From assembly GCA_964397985.1 (NCBI GenBank), contig CAYNLD010000013.1, forward strand, positions 2,586 through 34,585: a stretch of 32,000 nt of DNA, given 5' to 3'. This DNA comes from an uncultured Propionibacteriaceae bacterium. Lineage in GTDB: Bacteria; Actinomycetota; Actinomycetes; Propionibacteriales; Propionibacteriaceae. Both the position numbers and the translations under genes were made by a program. Under the pieces are notes generated by a model. It was not told where the DNA came from. It ran no database searches and saw only the letters and a list, made by a program, of their open reading frames with translations. Below, piece after piece: positions 22,451 through 31,605 of this stretch. Position 1 is the first letter of the stretch. Each line of letters starts with the position of its first letter.

Positions 22451-25336
22451 ATGGCCACAGCGTGGGACGCCTTCATCTCCTACGCCCGCGCCGACTCCGA
22501 GCGGACGGCCGTCGCGATCCAGCGTGGCCTCGAACGTTTCGCCCGGCCCTGGAACCAGCGCCGCGCTGTGCGCGTCTTCCGTGACGACTCGGCGATGTCG
22601 ACCAATCCCGCCCTGTGGTCGGCGATCGAGGACGGGCTCGCCCAGGCCCGGAACCTGATCGTCCTGATCAGCCCCGCCGCTCGCGACTCGGCCTACGTCG
22701 ACAGGGAGGTCGGCTGGTGGCTCGACCACAAAGGGGCGGACACGATCCTGCTGGTGCTGGACGCGGGCGGCCTCGACTGGGACGAAGACCTCAACCGGTT
22801 CTCCGAAGACAGCGCCGTCCCGCCCCGCCTGCGCGATGCGTTCGAGGAGGAGCCGCGCTGGCTCGACCTGCGCTGGATGCGGACCTCCCCCGAACCCGCC
22901 ACGGATCCGCGCTTCACCTCCGCCGTCGCGGACCTGTCCGCCCCGATCCGGGGGCTGCCACGTGACGAACTCGTCGGTGAGGACCTCACCCAGCACCGCC
23001 GCGTCCGACGGCTGGCCCGCGGGGCCGTGAGCCTGCTCGCGCTCCTCCTGGTGGTCTCGATCACCTCCACCGCGCTCGCGATCCAGCAGCGCGACGACGT
23101 GCTGCGCCAGGCCGTCACGCTCCGCGCCCGGGGACTGGCGAACACCGCGACCGGCCTGCTCGACTCCGACCTGCGCCTCGCGCAGCTGCTCGCGGTTCAG
23201 GGTTACCGCACCGAATCGTCCGCCACGACCAGGGACGCGCTGTTGCAGGCTGCCTTCGCCTCGCCGCTGATCGATCACTTCACCAGCTTCGACGCCGACA
23301 TCACGGCGCTCACGACCAGCCCGGACGGCTCCACGGTCGCTGTCGGGCTCGCCGACGGCCGGGTCTTCACGGTGGACGCCGAAGGCCACTCGACACCCGT
23401 GCTCCGGGGTGCGGCCGGCGCGCCAGTGACCACCCTGCGGGCCAGCAGCGACGGCTCGGCGTTGCTGGTCGGCACGCCCTCCGGAATCAGCCTCGTCGGT
23501 GCGACGGGCCTGCGAGCGCTCGTGGACGGCCCGTTGACCACCCCTGATGCGGTGGCCCTGTCCGCCTCGGGGCGTCGGGCGGCGATCATCACCGGTGACG
23601 GGTCGGCGATGATCAGGGTCTACGACGCAGGGACGGGCGCGGAGGTCCTGCGCCGCCGAGACCCGCTGGCGCCGAGGCCGAACACCCCGGTGGTCTCGCC
23701 GCAGTACACCGACCGCCTGGTCTTCCTCAATGACTCCACGATGCGCCTGATCGGCATCGACGCACGCTGGCGACAGCTCGATCTGCGCACGGGCCGAACC
23801 AGTCGGGCCGGTTCGGCCCGTTGGGAGCCGTACGCCAACCTCTACGCCGCCTCCGGCCGTGGCGACTACCTGCTCTCCGCCGCGATCACGGGCGGTCAGG
23901 CCGTACGGGCCTGGCCGCTGGACCGGACCGGCAGCGACAACAGCCCGCTCGTCGCGGGCGTCCAGCTGACTGATCCGCTCGGCCTCGCGATCAGCCCCGG
24001 CGGTCGGCTGGTAATGGTGAACGACTCCTCCACCGGGCTCTCCGTCGCGCCGGTGCGGCGCGAAGACCGCCTGCCTGTCGTGCCCGCGACCCGGATCGCC
24101 GGGCTCAGCGGGGTCACGGCGATGGAGTTCACCGGTGAGACCGGGGCTGTGGCGGCGGCGCGCACGGACCTGGTCTTCCTCCGCTTTGGAGGGGCGGGGC
24201 GAGGTTCGGCCGCCGTCGCGCTGTTCCCGCGAGGCGTCGGCAACGTGCCCGACTACGCGGTCGACTACCGGAACTCCGGCATGGCGGTGTCTCCGGACGG
24301 GTCCAGGCTCGCCGTGCTCGAACTGGAGTACGCCGAGTTGGAGGTTGTCCCGCTGCCCGGCCGTGAGGGCACGGCACTCGGCAGGACGAGCCTGCCGACC
24401 AGCGACCAGCTGGACGCCCTGTACGGACCGCTGTGGCTGGACGACGACACCGTTCTCGTGCTCTACTCCGACCCCGGAGGTGTCGAGAAGGGGCCGGTCG
24501 CCGGTGTGGCCCGCTGGAACCTCGGCCTGCCGATCGATGACCACGGCGATCGCGAGACCCCACTCGCCGCGGTCCGCACCGAAGCGGGCTCCGTACTGGT
24601 CGCCACGTCGAGTGGGCGGGTTCAGACCCGGGCGGCCACCGGGGAACTCGTCTCCGAGTCCGGGCCCGACGCCGCACCCGGCGCTCGAACCGGGCCGTAC
24701 AGCCAGGCCCGGTTCAGCGTGGACGCACGCTACCTGGCCCTGCTGCGTGCCGCGGCGCGCGGCGACGACACCGGCACCCGCGGCGTCTCGCTGCGGGTCG
24801 TGGACAACGCGACGGGGGTCGTCGTCCACGAGCAGCAGTGGCCGCAGGCCACCGACCCGGTCGGAGTCGAGTTCGTCGGCACGACTGTGCTGGTGTCGCA
24901 CACGGACGGCTCGATCGACGTGCTGCCGGACCTGGGTCGCGGCGTCCCGTCACGGGTCTCCACCAGCGGCACCCGCACCAGCACCGGCTCGTTCCAGCGC
25001 AACCCGCCCGTGGTCGGCGCGGACGGACTGGTCGGCTTCCCCACCCGGTCCGGGCTCCAGCTGTACGACCTGAACTCGCTGCAGCCGGTCGGTACCGTTC
25101 CGGTGACACCAGGGTTCGAGACGGTCCCACGCACCTACGCGTTCGCCCCTGACGGCCACACGCTGGTCACCGGGTACCTCGGCGGCGATCGGCGCACGGC
25201 CCGCGCCATCGTCCAGGACCTCGACACCGCGGCGGTCGTTTCCGGCGTCTGTGCGGGTGCCGGCGGAGCGATCACGGCAGCGGAATGGCTGCGCGTCGTT
25301 GGAGACCAGACGCCCAGTGAGCGGGCCTGCCCCTGA
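22451..25336 (+). CDS. TIR domain - single TM - beta-propeller (WD40/PD40-like repeat) protein
   Basis: MATAWDAFISYARAD...SAYVDREVGWWL (TIR). Then HRRVRRLAR plus the helix GAVSLLALLLVVSITSTALAI. Then repeated blade-like units (TSPDGSTVAVGLADGRVFTVD, SSDGSALLVGT, VSPDGSRLAVLE, FAPDGHTLVTGY). I chose the ATG at 22451 over the GTG at 22403. Confidence 0.8.
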   Translation: MATAWDAFISYARADSERTAVAIQRGLERFARPWNQRRAVRVFRDDSAMSTNPALWSAIEDGLAQARNLIVLISPAARDSAYVDREVGWWLDHKGADTILLVLDAGGLDWDEDLNRFSEDSAVPPRLRDAFEEEPRWLDLRWMRTSPEPATDPRFTSAVADLSAPIRGLPRDELVGEDLTQHRRVRRLARGAVSLLALLLVVSITSTALAIQQRDDVLRQAVTLRARGLANTATGLLDSDLRLAQLLAVQGYRTESSATTRDALLQAAFASPLIDHFTSFDADITALTTSPDGSTVAVGLADGRVFTVDAEGHSTPVLRGAAGAPVTTLRASSDGSALLVGTPSGISLVGATGLRALVDGPLTTPDAVALSASGRRAAIITGDGSAMIRVYDAGTGAEVLRRRDPLAPRPNTPVVSPQYTDRLVFLNDSTMRLIGIDARWRQLDLRTGRTSRAGSARWEPYANLYAASGRGDYLLSAAITGGQAVRAWPLDRTGSDNSPLVAGVQLTDPLGLAISPGGRLVMVNDSSTGLSVAPVRREDRLPVVPATRIAGLSGVTAMEFTGETGAVAAARTDLVFLRFGGAGRGSAAVALFPRGVGNVPDYAVDYRNSGMAVSPDGSRLAVLELEYAELEVVPLPGREGTALGRTSLPTSDQLDALYGPLWLDDDTVLVLYSDPGGVEKGPVAGVARWNLGLPIDDHGDRETPLAAVRTEAGSVLVATSSGRVQTRAATGELVSESGPDAAPGARTGPYSQARFSVDARYLALLRAAARGDDTGTRGVSLRVVDNATGVVVHEQQWPQATDPVGVEFVGTTVLVSHTDGSIDVLPDLGRGVPSRVSTSGTRTSTGSFQRNPPVVGADGLVGFPTRSGLQLYDLNSLQPVGTVPVTPGFETVPRTYAFAPDGHTLVTGYLGGDRRTARAIVQDLDTAAVVSGVCAGAGGAITAAEWLRVVGDQTPSERACP

Positions 25337-25404
25337 GTGCGGGGGCGGCTCAACCGGAAGTGAGCCGTACCGGCCCCTGCCGGGCCGAACCGTCGCCGAC
25401 GGCG

Positions 25405-26850
25405 TTACGCGGCGCGCCGCGTGCTGCTTCGGCGGCGGCTTCCCTGGCGGGAGAACGCGATCGCGCCCTGTCCCGCAGAGGTCGCCGGACGGGACGAGCG
25501 TGTCTCGCCCTGCGTGGCGCGGGGCCTCCGGTTCGACGAGCCCTTCCTGGCCGCCGGTCGCGAGTCCTGCCGGGCGGGACGCTGCGTGGGCGCGGCCACA
25601 CCGCGACGCGCGGCCGCCGTCGGGGCGTCGGCGGGCGCCACCCTCTCTGCGGACGGCCCGGCGAGCCGGGTCACCTCGTCGTCGCCGGGACGCACGGGAG
25701 TCGGGCTGACCTGGATCTTCGCCGCCCGGACGAGAGCGTGGAAGTCCCGACGCTGCTCGGGCAGCACGAGCGTGACCACGTCACCGGCGTGGCCGGCGCG
25801 GGCCGTGCGTCCGGAGCGGTGCAGGTAGGCCTTGTGCTCGGCCGGCGGATCGACGTGCACGACCAGCTCGACGTCGTCGACGTGGATGCCGCGCGCCGCG
25901 ATGTCCGTGGCGACCATCACCCGCACCCGGCCGTCCGCGAACGCCTTCAGGCCACGCTCACGCGCGTTCTGGGACAGGTTGCCGTGCAGCTCGACCGCGG
26001 GGATGCCGTCGGAGGTGAGTTCGCGGGCCAGCTTGCGCGCCTGGTGCTTGGTGCGGGTGAACAGCAGCCGCCGTCCGGTACCCGAGGCGAGTTCACGCAC
26101 GACCTGACGCTTCTGGCCGGGGTCGGCGACCAGCAGCGCGTGGTGGGTCATCGCCACGACCGGCGAGGACGCCGTGTCGACGCTGTGTTCCAGCGGACGG
26201 TTCAGGAATCGCTTCACGAGCTTGTCCACGCCGGCGTCCAGCGTCGCGGAGAACAGCATCCGCTGGCCGCCCGTCGGAGTCGCGGCGAGAATGCGGGTGA
26301 CGCCGGGCAGGAAACCGAGGTCGGCCATGTGGTCGGCCTCGTCCAGCACGGTCACGGCAACGTCGTCCAGCCGCACGTGGCCCTGGCCGATCAGGTCCTC
26401 GAGGCGTCCCGGCGTCGCCACGACGATGTCGGCGCGCTCGCGCAACCGCCGCACCTGGCCGGACTGGCTCACTCCGCCGAAGATGGTCATGACCTTCAGC
26501 CCGCCGGCCGCGGCGAGCGGCTCGATCGTGGCCAGGATCTGGTTCGCCAGTTCACGCGTCGGCGCCAACACGAGACCCCGGGGGGCGCCGGCGCGGGTCT
26601 GCCGGTTGATCGATGCGCCGGAGGGCACCTGGTGGGACAGGCGGGCGACCAGCGGCAGCGCGAACGCGAGCGTCTTGCCCGAGCCGGTGCGGCCGCGGCC
26701 GAGGACGTCGCGACCGGCCAGTGTGTCGGGGAGGGTTGCGGTCTGGATGGGGAAGGCGGTGCTGATGCCCTGCCGGAACAGCGGATCGATCAGCGTGGTG
26801 GGAACGCCCAGGGACGCGAACGACGTCTGGGCAGAATCAGATGGGGACAA
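25405..26850 (-). CDS. DEAD-box ATP-dependent RNA helicase with an Arg-rich C-terminal tail
   Basis: Q-motif context (FASLGV...AFPIQ), motif I GRTGSGKTLAF, motif II LDEADHM, SAT, and HRSGRTARAG. The only start upstream of the Q motif is a TTG at 26850 without an obvious RBS, so the start is uncertain. Confidence 0.9.
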   Translation of the reverse strand: MSPSDSAQTSFASLGVPTTLIDPLFRQGISTAFPIQTATLPDTLAGRDVLGRGRTGSGKTLAFALPLVARLSHQVPSGASINRQTRAGAPRGLVLAPTRELANQILATIEPLAAAGGLKVMTIFGGVSQSGQVRRLRERADIVVATPGRLEDLIGQGHVRLDDVAVTVLDEADHMADLGFLPGVTRILAATPTGGQRMLFSATLDAGVDKLVKRFLNRPLEHSVDTASSPVVAMTHHALLVADPGQKRQVVRELASGTGRRLLFTRTKHQARKLARELTSDGIPAVELHGNLSQNARERGLKAFADGRVRVMVATDIAARGIHVDDVELVVHVDPPAEHKAYLHRSGRTARAGHAGDVVTLVLPEQRRDFHALVRAAKIQVSPTPVRPGDDEVTRLAGPSAERVAPADAPTAAARRGVAAPTQRPARQDSRPAARKGSSNRRPRATQGETRSSRPATSAGQGAIAFSRQGSRRRSSTRRAA

Positions 26851-27046
26851 GAGGGAACAGCTTTCAGCAAAGGCGGGTCACCACGGTCCAAGTCGGCTCG
26901 CGCTCGGGATGGTGAGAACCATCGGCGCAGTGCACGAATGTGGTGCGATGTCGGGACGCGACTGCCGCGTCCTGTTCTCCAGTGTCGCACGCCGCACCCC
27001 CCAACCCCGAATCGCGGCCGGTAGCCGCGCGCCGGGACCCTCCGTG

Positions 27047-27550
27047 CTACTCCCCGGCCGGCCCGGGCTCCCGCCGGTAGCTGCGTCCATCGGGAGAACG
27101 GCTGAGCAGGCCGGCGTCGACGAGGTAGCGGCGCAGGGTCGCCCCGTCGTCAGTGACACGGTGCAGCCGTTCGCCGAGCTGTTCTTCGGTCAGGTCCTCC
27201 TCCGGCCCGAGCAGGCGTCCGGCGAGAAGCTGCAGCAGCAGGTACCGGTCGCTCCAACGCGAGGGGTAGTCGGCGATCCGGCCGTCCCGGGTCAGGAACC
27301 GCCCGGCACCGGACGCCGGCTCGGGCGCGGCCGCCTTCAGCGTTGCCCGCAGCCGGTCCTCCGCCACCACGAGCCGACCCTGTGTGTCCTCCTCAACCAG
27401 CCCGGCCGCGGCCAGGCGCGCCAGCGCACGCTCCCCCTCCGGGCCGGAGGGCACCACCCCGCCCACGACCTCGGCGAACGCCGTCCGCGTCCGGGCGTTG
27501 GCCAGGAGCGCGATCACGGCACGCCACTCCAGTGGTTCGGGCCCGCTCAT
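27047..27550 (-). CDS. DUF2087-like putative regulator
   Basis: C-terminal FLTRDGRIADYPSRWSDRYLLLQLLAGRL...LGERLHRVTDDGATLRRYLVDAGLL resembles DUF2087. It lies upstream of the helicase on the same strand. Confidence 0.65.
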   Translation of the reverse strand: MSGPEPLEWRAVIALLANARTRTAFAEVVGGVVPSGPEGERALARLAAAGLVEEDTQGRLVVAEDRLRATLKAAAPEPASGAGRFLTRDGRIADYPSRWSDRYLLLQLLAGRLLGPEEDLTEEQLGERLHRVTDDGATLRRYLVDAGLLSRSPDGRSYRREPGPAGE

Positions 27551-28012
27551 GGCACGACCCTAGCTGCGGCGCCGGTCGCCGTGCGGCGTGCCGGGGCCGT
27601 CGGGCCCGAATCGGCCCGGACGGCCCCGGCGTGGTAGCGTTGCGTTCTCGCCTTCGGGCGACCACTGTCCTTCGAGCATTCGCCCAGGCTCACGAGTCGG
27701 CGGCACTGCCACCCCGGGACAACCGCGGAGCGATCCGTGGCCCGGATTCCACCGACCATCCCTCTCTGCAGTTCGCTGCCGAGCTGCGCACACAACGGAA
27801 ACAGAATCATCACCATCGCTACACCCACCAGGTCTGTCATCCGGCGACAGGCGACCCCAGAGGTTCAGGCCGCCGTGCGCTCTGCCGCCACCCCGCGGAC
27901 GCGCCCCGGCCGCGCGACCAGGCACTCCCCCACCCAAGATCCCCGCACCGGCGCCGTCGGTGCGGTCAAGCGGACTGCACACAGTGGTCCAGGAACACAA
28001 AGGAAGATCGAC
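27551..28012. promoter_or_regulatory. divergent promoter region and long cspA 5' leader
   Basis: A 462-bp non-coding gap lies between the divergent DUF2087 and cspA genes. It is locally less GC-rich around 27770-27840. Long structured leaders are usual for cold-shock protein genes. I could not identify specific -10/-35 boxes. Confidence 0.4.
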
Positions 28013-28216
28013 ATGGCCACTGGCACTGTCAAATGGTTCAACTCCGACAAGGGCTTCGGCTTCATCGCCCCCTCGGACGGCTCGGCGGACGTGTTCGCCC
28101 ACTTCTCCGCGATCGTCGGCTCCGGTCGTCGCGACCTCTTCGAGGGTCAGCAGGTCGAGTTCGACACCGAGCGCGGCCAGAAGGGCCTCCAGGCCACCAA
28201 CATCCGCGCCCTCTGA
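28013..28216 (+). CDS. cspA: cold-shock protein, CspA family
   Basis: [34 protein letters not shown] contains the RNP1 (KGFGFI) and RNP2 (VFAHF) motifs. The product is 67 aa. An AAAGGAAG RBS is present. Confidence 0.95.
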   Translation: MATGTVKWFNSDKGFGFIAPSDGSADVFAHFSAIVGSGRRDLFEGQQVEFDTERGQKGLQATNIRAL

Positions 28217-28226
28217 GGCTCGCGAG

Positions 28227-28258
28227 GAACGGCACCGTCCCCCGGGGCGGTGCCGTTC
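28227..28258. terminator. strong bidirectional hairpin after cspA
   Basis: GAACGGCACCG (28227-28237) pairs perfectly with CGGTGCCGTTC (28248-28258), an 11-bp stem. It lies between the convergent stops at 28216 (+) and 28311 (-). Confidence 0.75.
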
Positions 28259-28310
28259 GTCGTACCGGCCGGCGACGACGCCGCTGGTCGGGCACGCGCC
28301 GGCACCCAGC

Positions 28311-30116
28311 TCAGGAGGGTGACCGGGATCCGGAGCCTGCTGCCGCAGCCCGCAGCCGGTCGTTCATCGCGCGGAAGGTCGCCTCGTCCGCCTTCACCAC
28401 GCGGCGGTCATAGGTGACCAGGCCGTTCACCTCGTCCTCCACGTCGCTGAGTTGGGTGTACACGGTCGCGCCGAGGCCCCCGGTGATGGCGGGGACGATC
28501 TGCTCGTCGTGCAGCCGCACCACGGCGTCCTGCCAGCTCTGGATGGTGGCGAACGTCTTGTAGCCGAAGGTCCTCGGGCTCCAGGTGTGGTCCGGGATCG
28601 CCAGGCTGAAGCCGCCATACTCGGTCAGCGCGAGCACCCGCGCATCCCGCCTCCGCGGCGCCTTCACCGCACGGAAGTAGACGTGCAGGCTCCGCAGGTC
28701 GCCGGCACCCTGATCGTGCCAACCGGACGCGTGGTCGACCGGACGGGACGGGTCGAGCCCGCGCACCGCTTCGGCGATCCGGGCCGCGTCGAACTGGCCC
28801 CACCCCTCGTTGAACGGCACCCACAGGCTCACCGAGACGACGCCGCGCAGGTGTTCGATCATCGCCGTGAGTTCGGTCTCGAATCGGGCCCGGCCCTCGG
28901 CCGACGCACGGGCGAACAGCCGGTACCGGTGGTCCCGGAACTGGGGCCCTCCGACCACCGGCCCCTGCGTGACCAGCGCGTTGTAGCCGGTGCCGCCGCT
29001 CACCGCGTCCTGCCAGACCAGCATGCCGAGCCGGTCGCAGTGGTGGTACCAACGCAGCGGCTCGACCTTGATGTGCTTGCGCAGCATCGTGTAGCCCAGG
29101 CGCTTCGCCAGCGCGATGTCGAAGACCAGCGCCTCGTCGGAGGGTGCGGTGTAGCCACCGTCGGGCCAGTAGCCCTGGTCGAGCAGGCCGACCGGCAGGT
29201 ACGGTTCACCGTTCAGCAGCAGCCGGGGGTGCCCGCGTTCGTCGCTGCCGGTGCCGAAGGAGCGCATCCCGACGCAGGACGTCACCGTGTCGTCGGCGAG
29301 CCGGACCGCGACGTCGTAGAGGAACGGGTCCTCCGGCGACCAGAGCCTGGGCTGGGGAACCGTCACCGGCGTGGGCATCCCCACCGGGACCGTGGCCTCG
29401 GCGACCTGTTCGCCGCCTGCGGCGAGCGTGATCGTCGCGGTCGCGCCGGACGGCGCGTGATCGCTGCGGACGGTGACCACCACCGCGCCGGCCGCGAGGT
29501 CGGGGACGAGGTCCAGCGCGTCCACTGCGACGGTGGGGACGACCTCGAGCCAGACGGTCTGCCAGATCCCCGACTGCGGCGTGTACCAGATCCCTCCCGG
29601 CCGGGAGGACTGCTTGCCGCGGGCCAGCCACGAGGTGTCGGTCACATCCCGGACGGCCACGACCAGGTCATGCACCTCGCCCGCGCCGAGGGCGGAGGTG
29701 ATGTCGAAGGAGAACGGGAGGTAGCCGCCGCTGTGACCCCCCACCTCGACGCCGTCGACCGCCACCCGGCAGGTCTGGTCGACCGCTCCGAAGTGGAGCA
29801 GCACGCGCCGCCCGTGGGCCGCGACCGGGAGGCCGAAGCTGCGCCGGTACCAGAGTGCCTCCGCAGGCCCCAAGCTGCGTCCAACCCCCGACAGCGGGGT
29901 CTCCGGTGAGAAGGGGACGACGATCGTGCCGTCGCAGTCGGGCGCGCCCGTGGGGTCAGGGACGGCCAGCGGGTCGGCGTCGGCGAAGCCGGTGACGGCG
30001 TAGCGCCAGGGTCCGTTCAGGGTGAGCCAGTCACCTCTGACCAGCTGGGGTCGCGGATACTCCGGCAGCGGCGCCTCGGCGTCCAGCTGCTCGCCCCACG
30101 GCGTGGTCAGGGTCAT
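28311..30116 (-). CDS. glycoside hydrolase family 2 (beta-galactosidase / beta-glucuronidase-like)
   Basis: Starts MTLTTPWGEQLDAEAPLPEYPRPQLVRGDWLTLNGPWRY. A GH2-type WVPFNEGWGQFD acid/base region is present. Its ATG overlaps the stop of the upstream transporter (ATGA at 30113-30116). The upstream 454 codons of the track ORF are an out-of-frame artefact over the transporter gene. Confidence 0.85.
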   Translation of the reverse strand: MTLTTPWGEQLDAEAPLPEYPRPQLVRGDWLTLNGPWRYAVTGFADADPLAVPDPTGAPDCDGTIVVPFSPETPLSGVGRSLGPAEALWYRRSFGLPVAAHGRRVLLHFGAVDQTCRVAVDGVEVGGHSGGYLPFSFDITSALGAGEVHDLVVAVRDVTDTSWLARGKQSSRPGGIWYTPQSGIWQTVWLEVVPTVAVDALDLVPDLAAGAVVVTVRSDHAPSGATATITLAAGGEQVAEATVPVGMPTPVTVPQPRLWSPEDPFLYDVAVRLADDTVTSCVGMRSFGTGSDERGHPRLLLNGEPYLPVGLLDQGYWPDGGYTAPSDEALVFDIALAKRLGYTMLRKHIKVEPLRWYHHCDRLGMLVWQDAVSGGTGYNALVTQGPVVGGPQFRDHRYRLFARASAEGRARFETELTAMIEHLRGVVSVSLWVPFNEGWGQFDAARIAEAVRGLDPSRPVDHASGWHDQGAGDLRSLHVYFRAVKAPRRRDARVLALTEYGGFSLAIPDHTWSPRTFGYKTFATIQSWQDAVVRLHDEQIVPAITGGLGATVYTQLSDVEDEVNGLVTYDRRVVKADEATFRAMNDRLRAAAAGSGSRSPS

Positions 30117-31435
30117 GGACGCGCCGCCTCCGCCGGGTTCGGCTGCCCGGCGGGGAACCGTCGCAGGGCCACCATCGGAAACACGGTGAGGACGGCGACC
30201 ACCGCTGCGGCGGGGAAGATCCACGGCGTCGGCACCTGCCTGACCACGCCGAGGTCGGTGTAGGTCTCGTTGGCCCCGAGGATCACCGACGCCCCGATGA
30301 ACGGCCCGAGCACCATCGGGACCAGCACCATCGCGATCATCCGCAGGCCCTGCACCATGCCGACCCTGTCGGTGGGCGTGGCGTCGCGAACGCTGGCCCC
30401 GAACGCCGCGGCCGACAGCATGAAGCCGCCCATCATCACGGTGCCGATCACGATCACGGGCAGCATGCCGCGGGCGAAGAACATGCCGACCAGGCCGACG
30501 ACCATGATCGTGACGGACGGCAGGATCGCGCGCACCTTGCCGATCCGGTCGATCACCCGGCCGCCGAGCACGCTGATCACCGAGGCGAGGACGAGGACGC
30601 TGGCGAGCACGATCGCGTAGCCCTCGATCTTGAGGTAGCGCTGGATGTAGATGATCAGGTACGGGAGGAACACCTGCGTGCTCGTGCCCATCACCGCCCA
30701 ACCGGTGAGGAGCACATACAGCCGCGGGTTCTCGCGGATGCTGGCCGGGCGCAGGCCGTGCAGGACCGTGGTCAGGTAGCCCTCCGTCGGCGGGGCAAGG
30801 GTCGAGGCGTCCCGGACGAGGAACCAGCCGATCACTCCCACGACCGAGACGAGCCCGCCGACGGTGCCGAAGAAGGCCGTCCACTCGCCGGCCCGGGTGA
30901 GCCCGTCCAGCGCTCCGAAAACGAGCAGCATCGAGATCAGCGGCATGATCGCGAGCACCGACTCGACCCGGCCCCGGTTCCCGGGGACCGTGGAGTCGGT
31001 GATCCAGGCGTTGAACGCTGCGTCGTTGGCACCCGAGCCGAAGAAGCTCATCACGCAGTCCAGCGCGACGACGGCGATGGCCGCGGCGGCGATCGCGGCT
31101 GCGGTGTCCGCGCCCGGCCGGATCACTCCGAAAAGGGCGGTCAGGACGCCCCAGACAACGTAGCCGAAGGCGATGAACGGACGCCGGGTGCGGGCACGGT
31201 CGGACCATGCGCCGACCAGCATGGTGGCGAGGGTGGCGGCGACCGCCGATGCCGCGACGGTGATCGCGATCACGTTCGGGTCGGTGGTGATCGTGTTGTA
31301 GATGAACACGTTGAGGTACATGTTCTCGACGGTCCAGGCGACCTGCCCGACGAGCCCGAGCAGGACCACCACCGCCCAGATGCGACCCGGGACTCCGAAT
31401 CGCCGGCCGGGCACGACGTCCGTGTCGCTGGGCAT
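30113..31435 (-). CDS. MFS transporter, glycoside-pentoside-hexuronide (GPH) symporter-like
   Basis: About 12 hydrophobic helices. The N-terminus IWAVVVLLGLVGQVAWTVENMYLNVFIYN is typical of GPH/MelB-like carriers. It is translationally coupled to the GH2 gene. Confidence 0.85.
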   Translation of the reverse strand: MPSDTDVVPGRRFGVPGRIWAVVVLLGLVGQVAWTVENMYLNVFIYNTITTDPNVIAITVAASAVAATLATMLVGAWSDRARTRRPFIAFGYVVWGVLTALFGVIRPGADTAAAIAAAAIAVVALDCVMSFFGSGANDAAFNAWITDSTVPGNRGRVESVLAIMPLISMLLVFGALDGLTRAGEWTAFFGTVGGLVSVVGVIGWFLVRDASTLAPPTEGYLTTVLHGLRPASIRENPRLYVLLTGWAVMGTSTQVFLPYLIIYIQRYLKIEGYAIVLASVLVLASVISVLGGRVIDRIGKVRAILPSVTIMVVGLVGMFFARGMLPVIVIGTVMMGGFMLSAAAFGASVRDATPTDRVGMVQGLRMIAMVLVPMVLGPFIGASVILGANETYTDLGVVRQVPTPWIFPAAAVVAVLTVFPMVALRRFPAGQPNPAEAARP

Positions 31436-31605
31436 CGAACCCCTTGTGGTGAGCGGGACGGGACAGATTCCGGCACACTACACCCGGCGCTGCGACGGTT
31501 CCGCTGACGGCACGCCGGGTCCGACATCGGCCGGCCGCCGCGGGTCGCCGACGTCTGCTGGGAAGACGATGCGTGGAGCTTCCCCGGGCGGGCTAGTGTC
31601 GAGCC

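Noticed and set aside
22091-24901. 936-aa minus-strand ORF
   Set aside because: It is antisense to the TIR-propeller gene. The product is low-complexity (R/G/P/D-rich) with no recognisable domain. The plus-strand frame carries the TIR motifs and repeated propeller blades.
20691-25336. Classification as a Thoeris system
   Set aside because: TIR proteins are present, but no ThsA-type effector (SIR2 or Macro with SLOG) is adjacent. Both TIR proteins are large membrane fusions, unlike ThsB.
30117-31478. N-terminal extension that makes the GH2 ORF 1055 aa
   Set aside because: The extension runs in a different frame over the GPH transporter gene and translates to Arg/Pro/Gly/His-rich sequence. 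The GH2 homology starts at MTLTTPWGEQ, whose ATG overlaps the transporter stop (ATGA).
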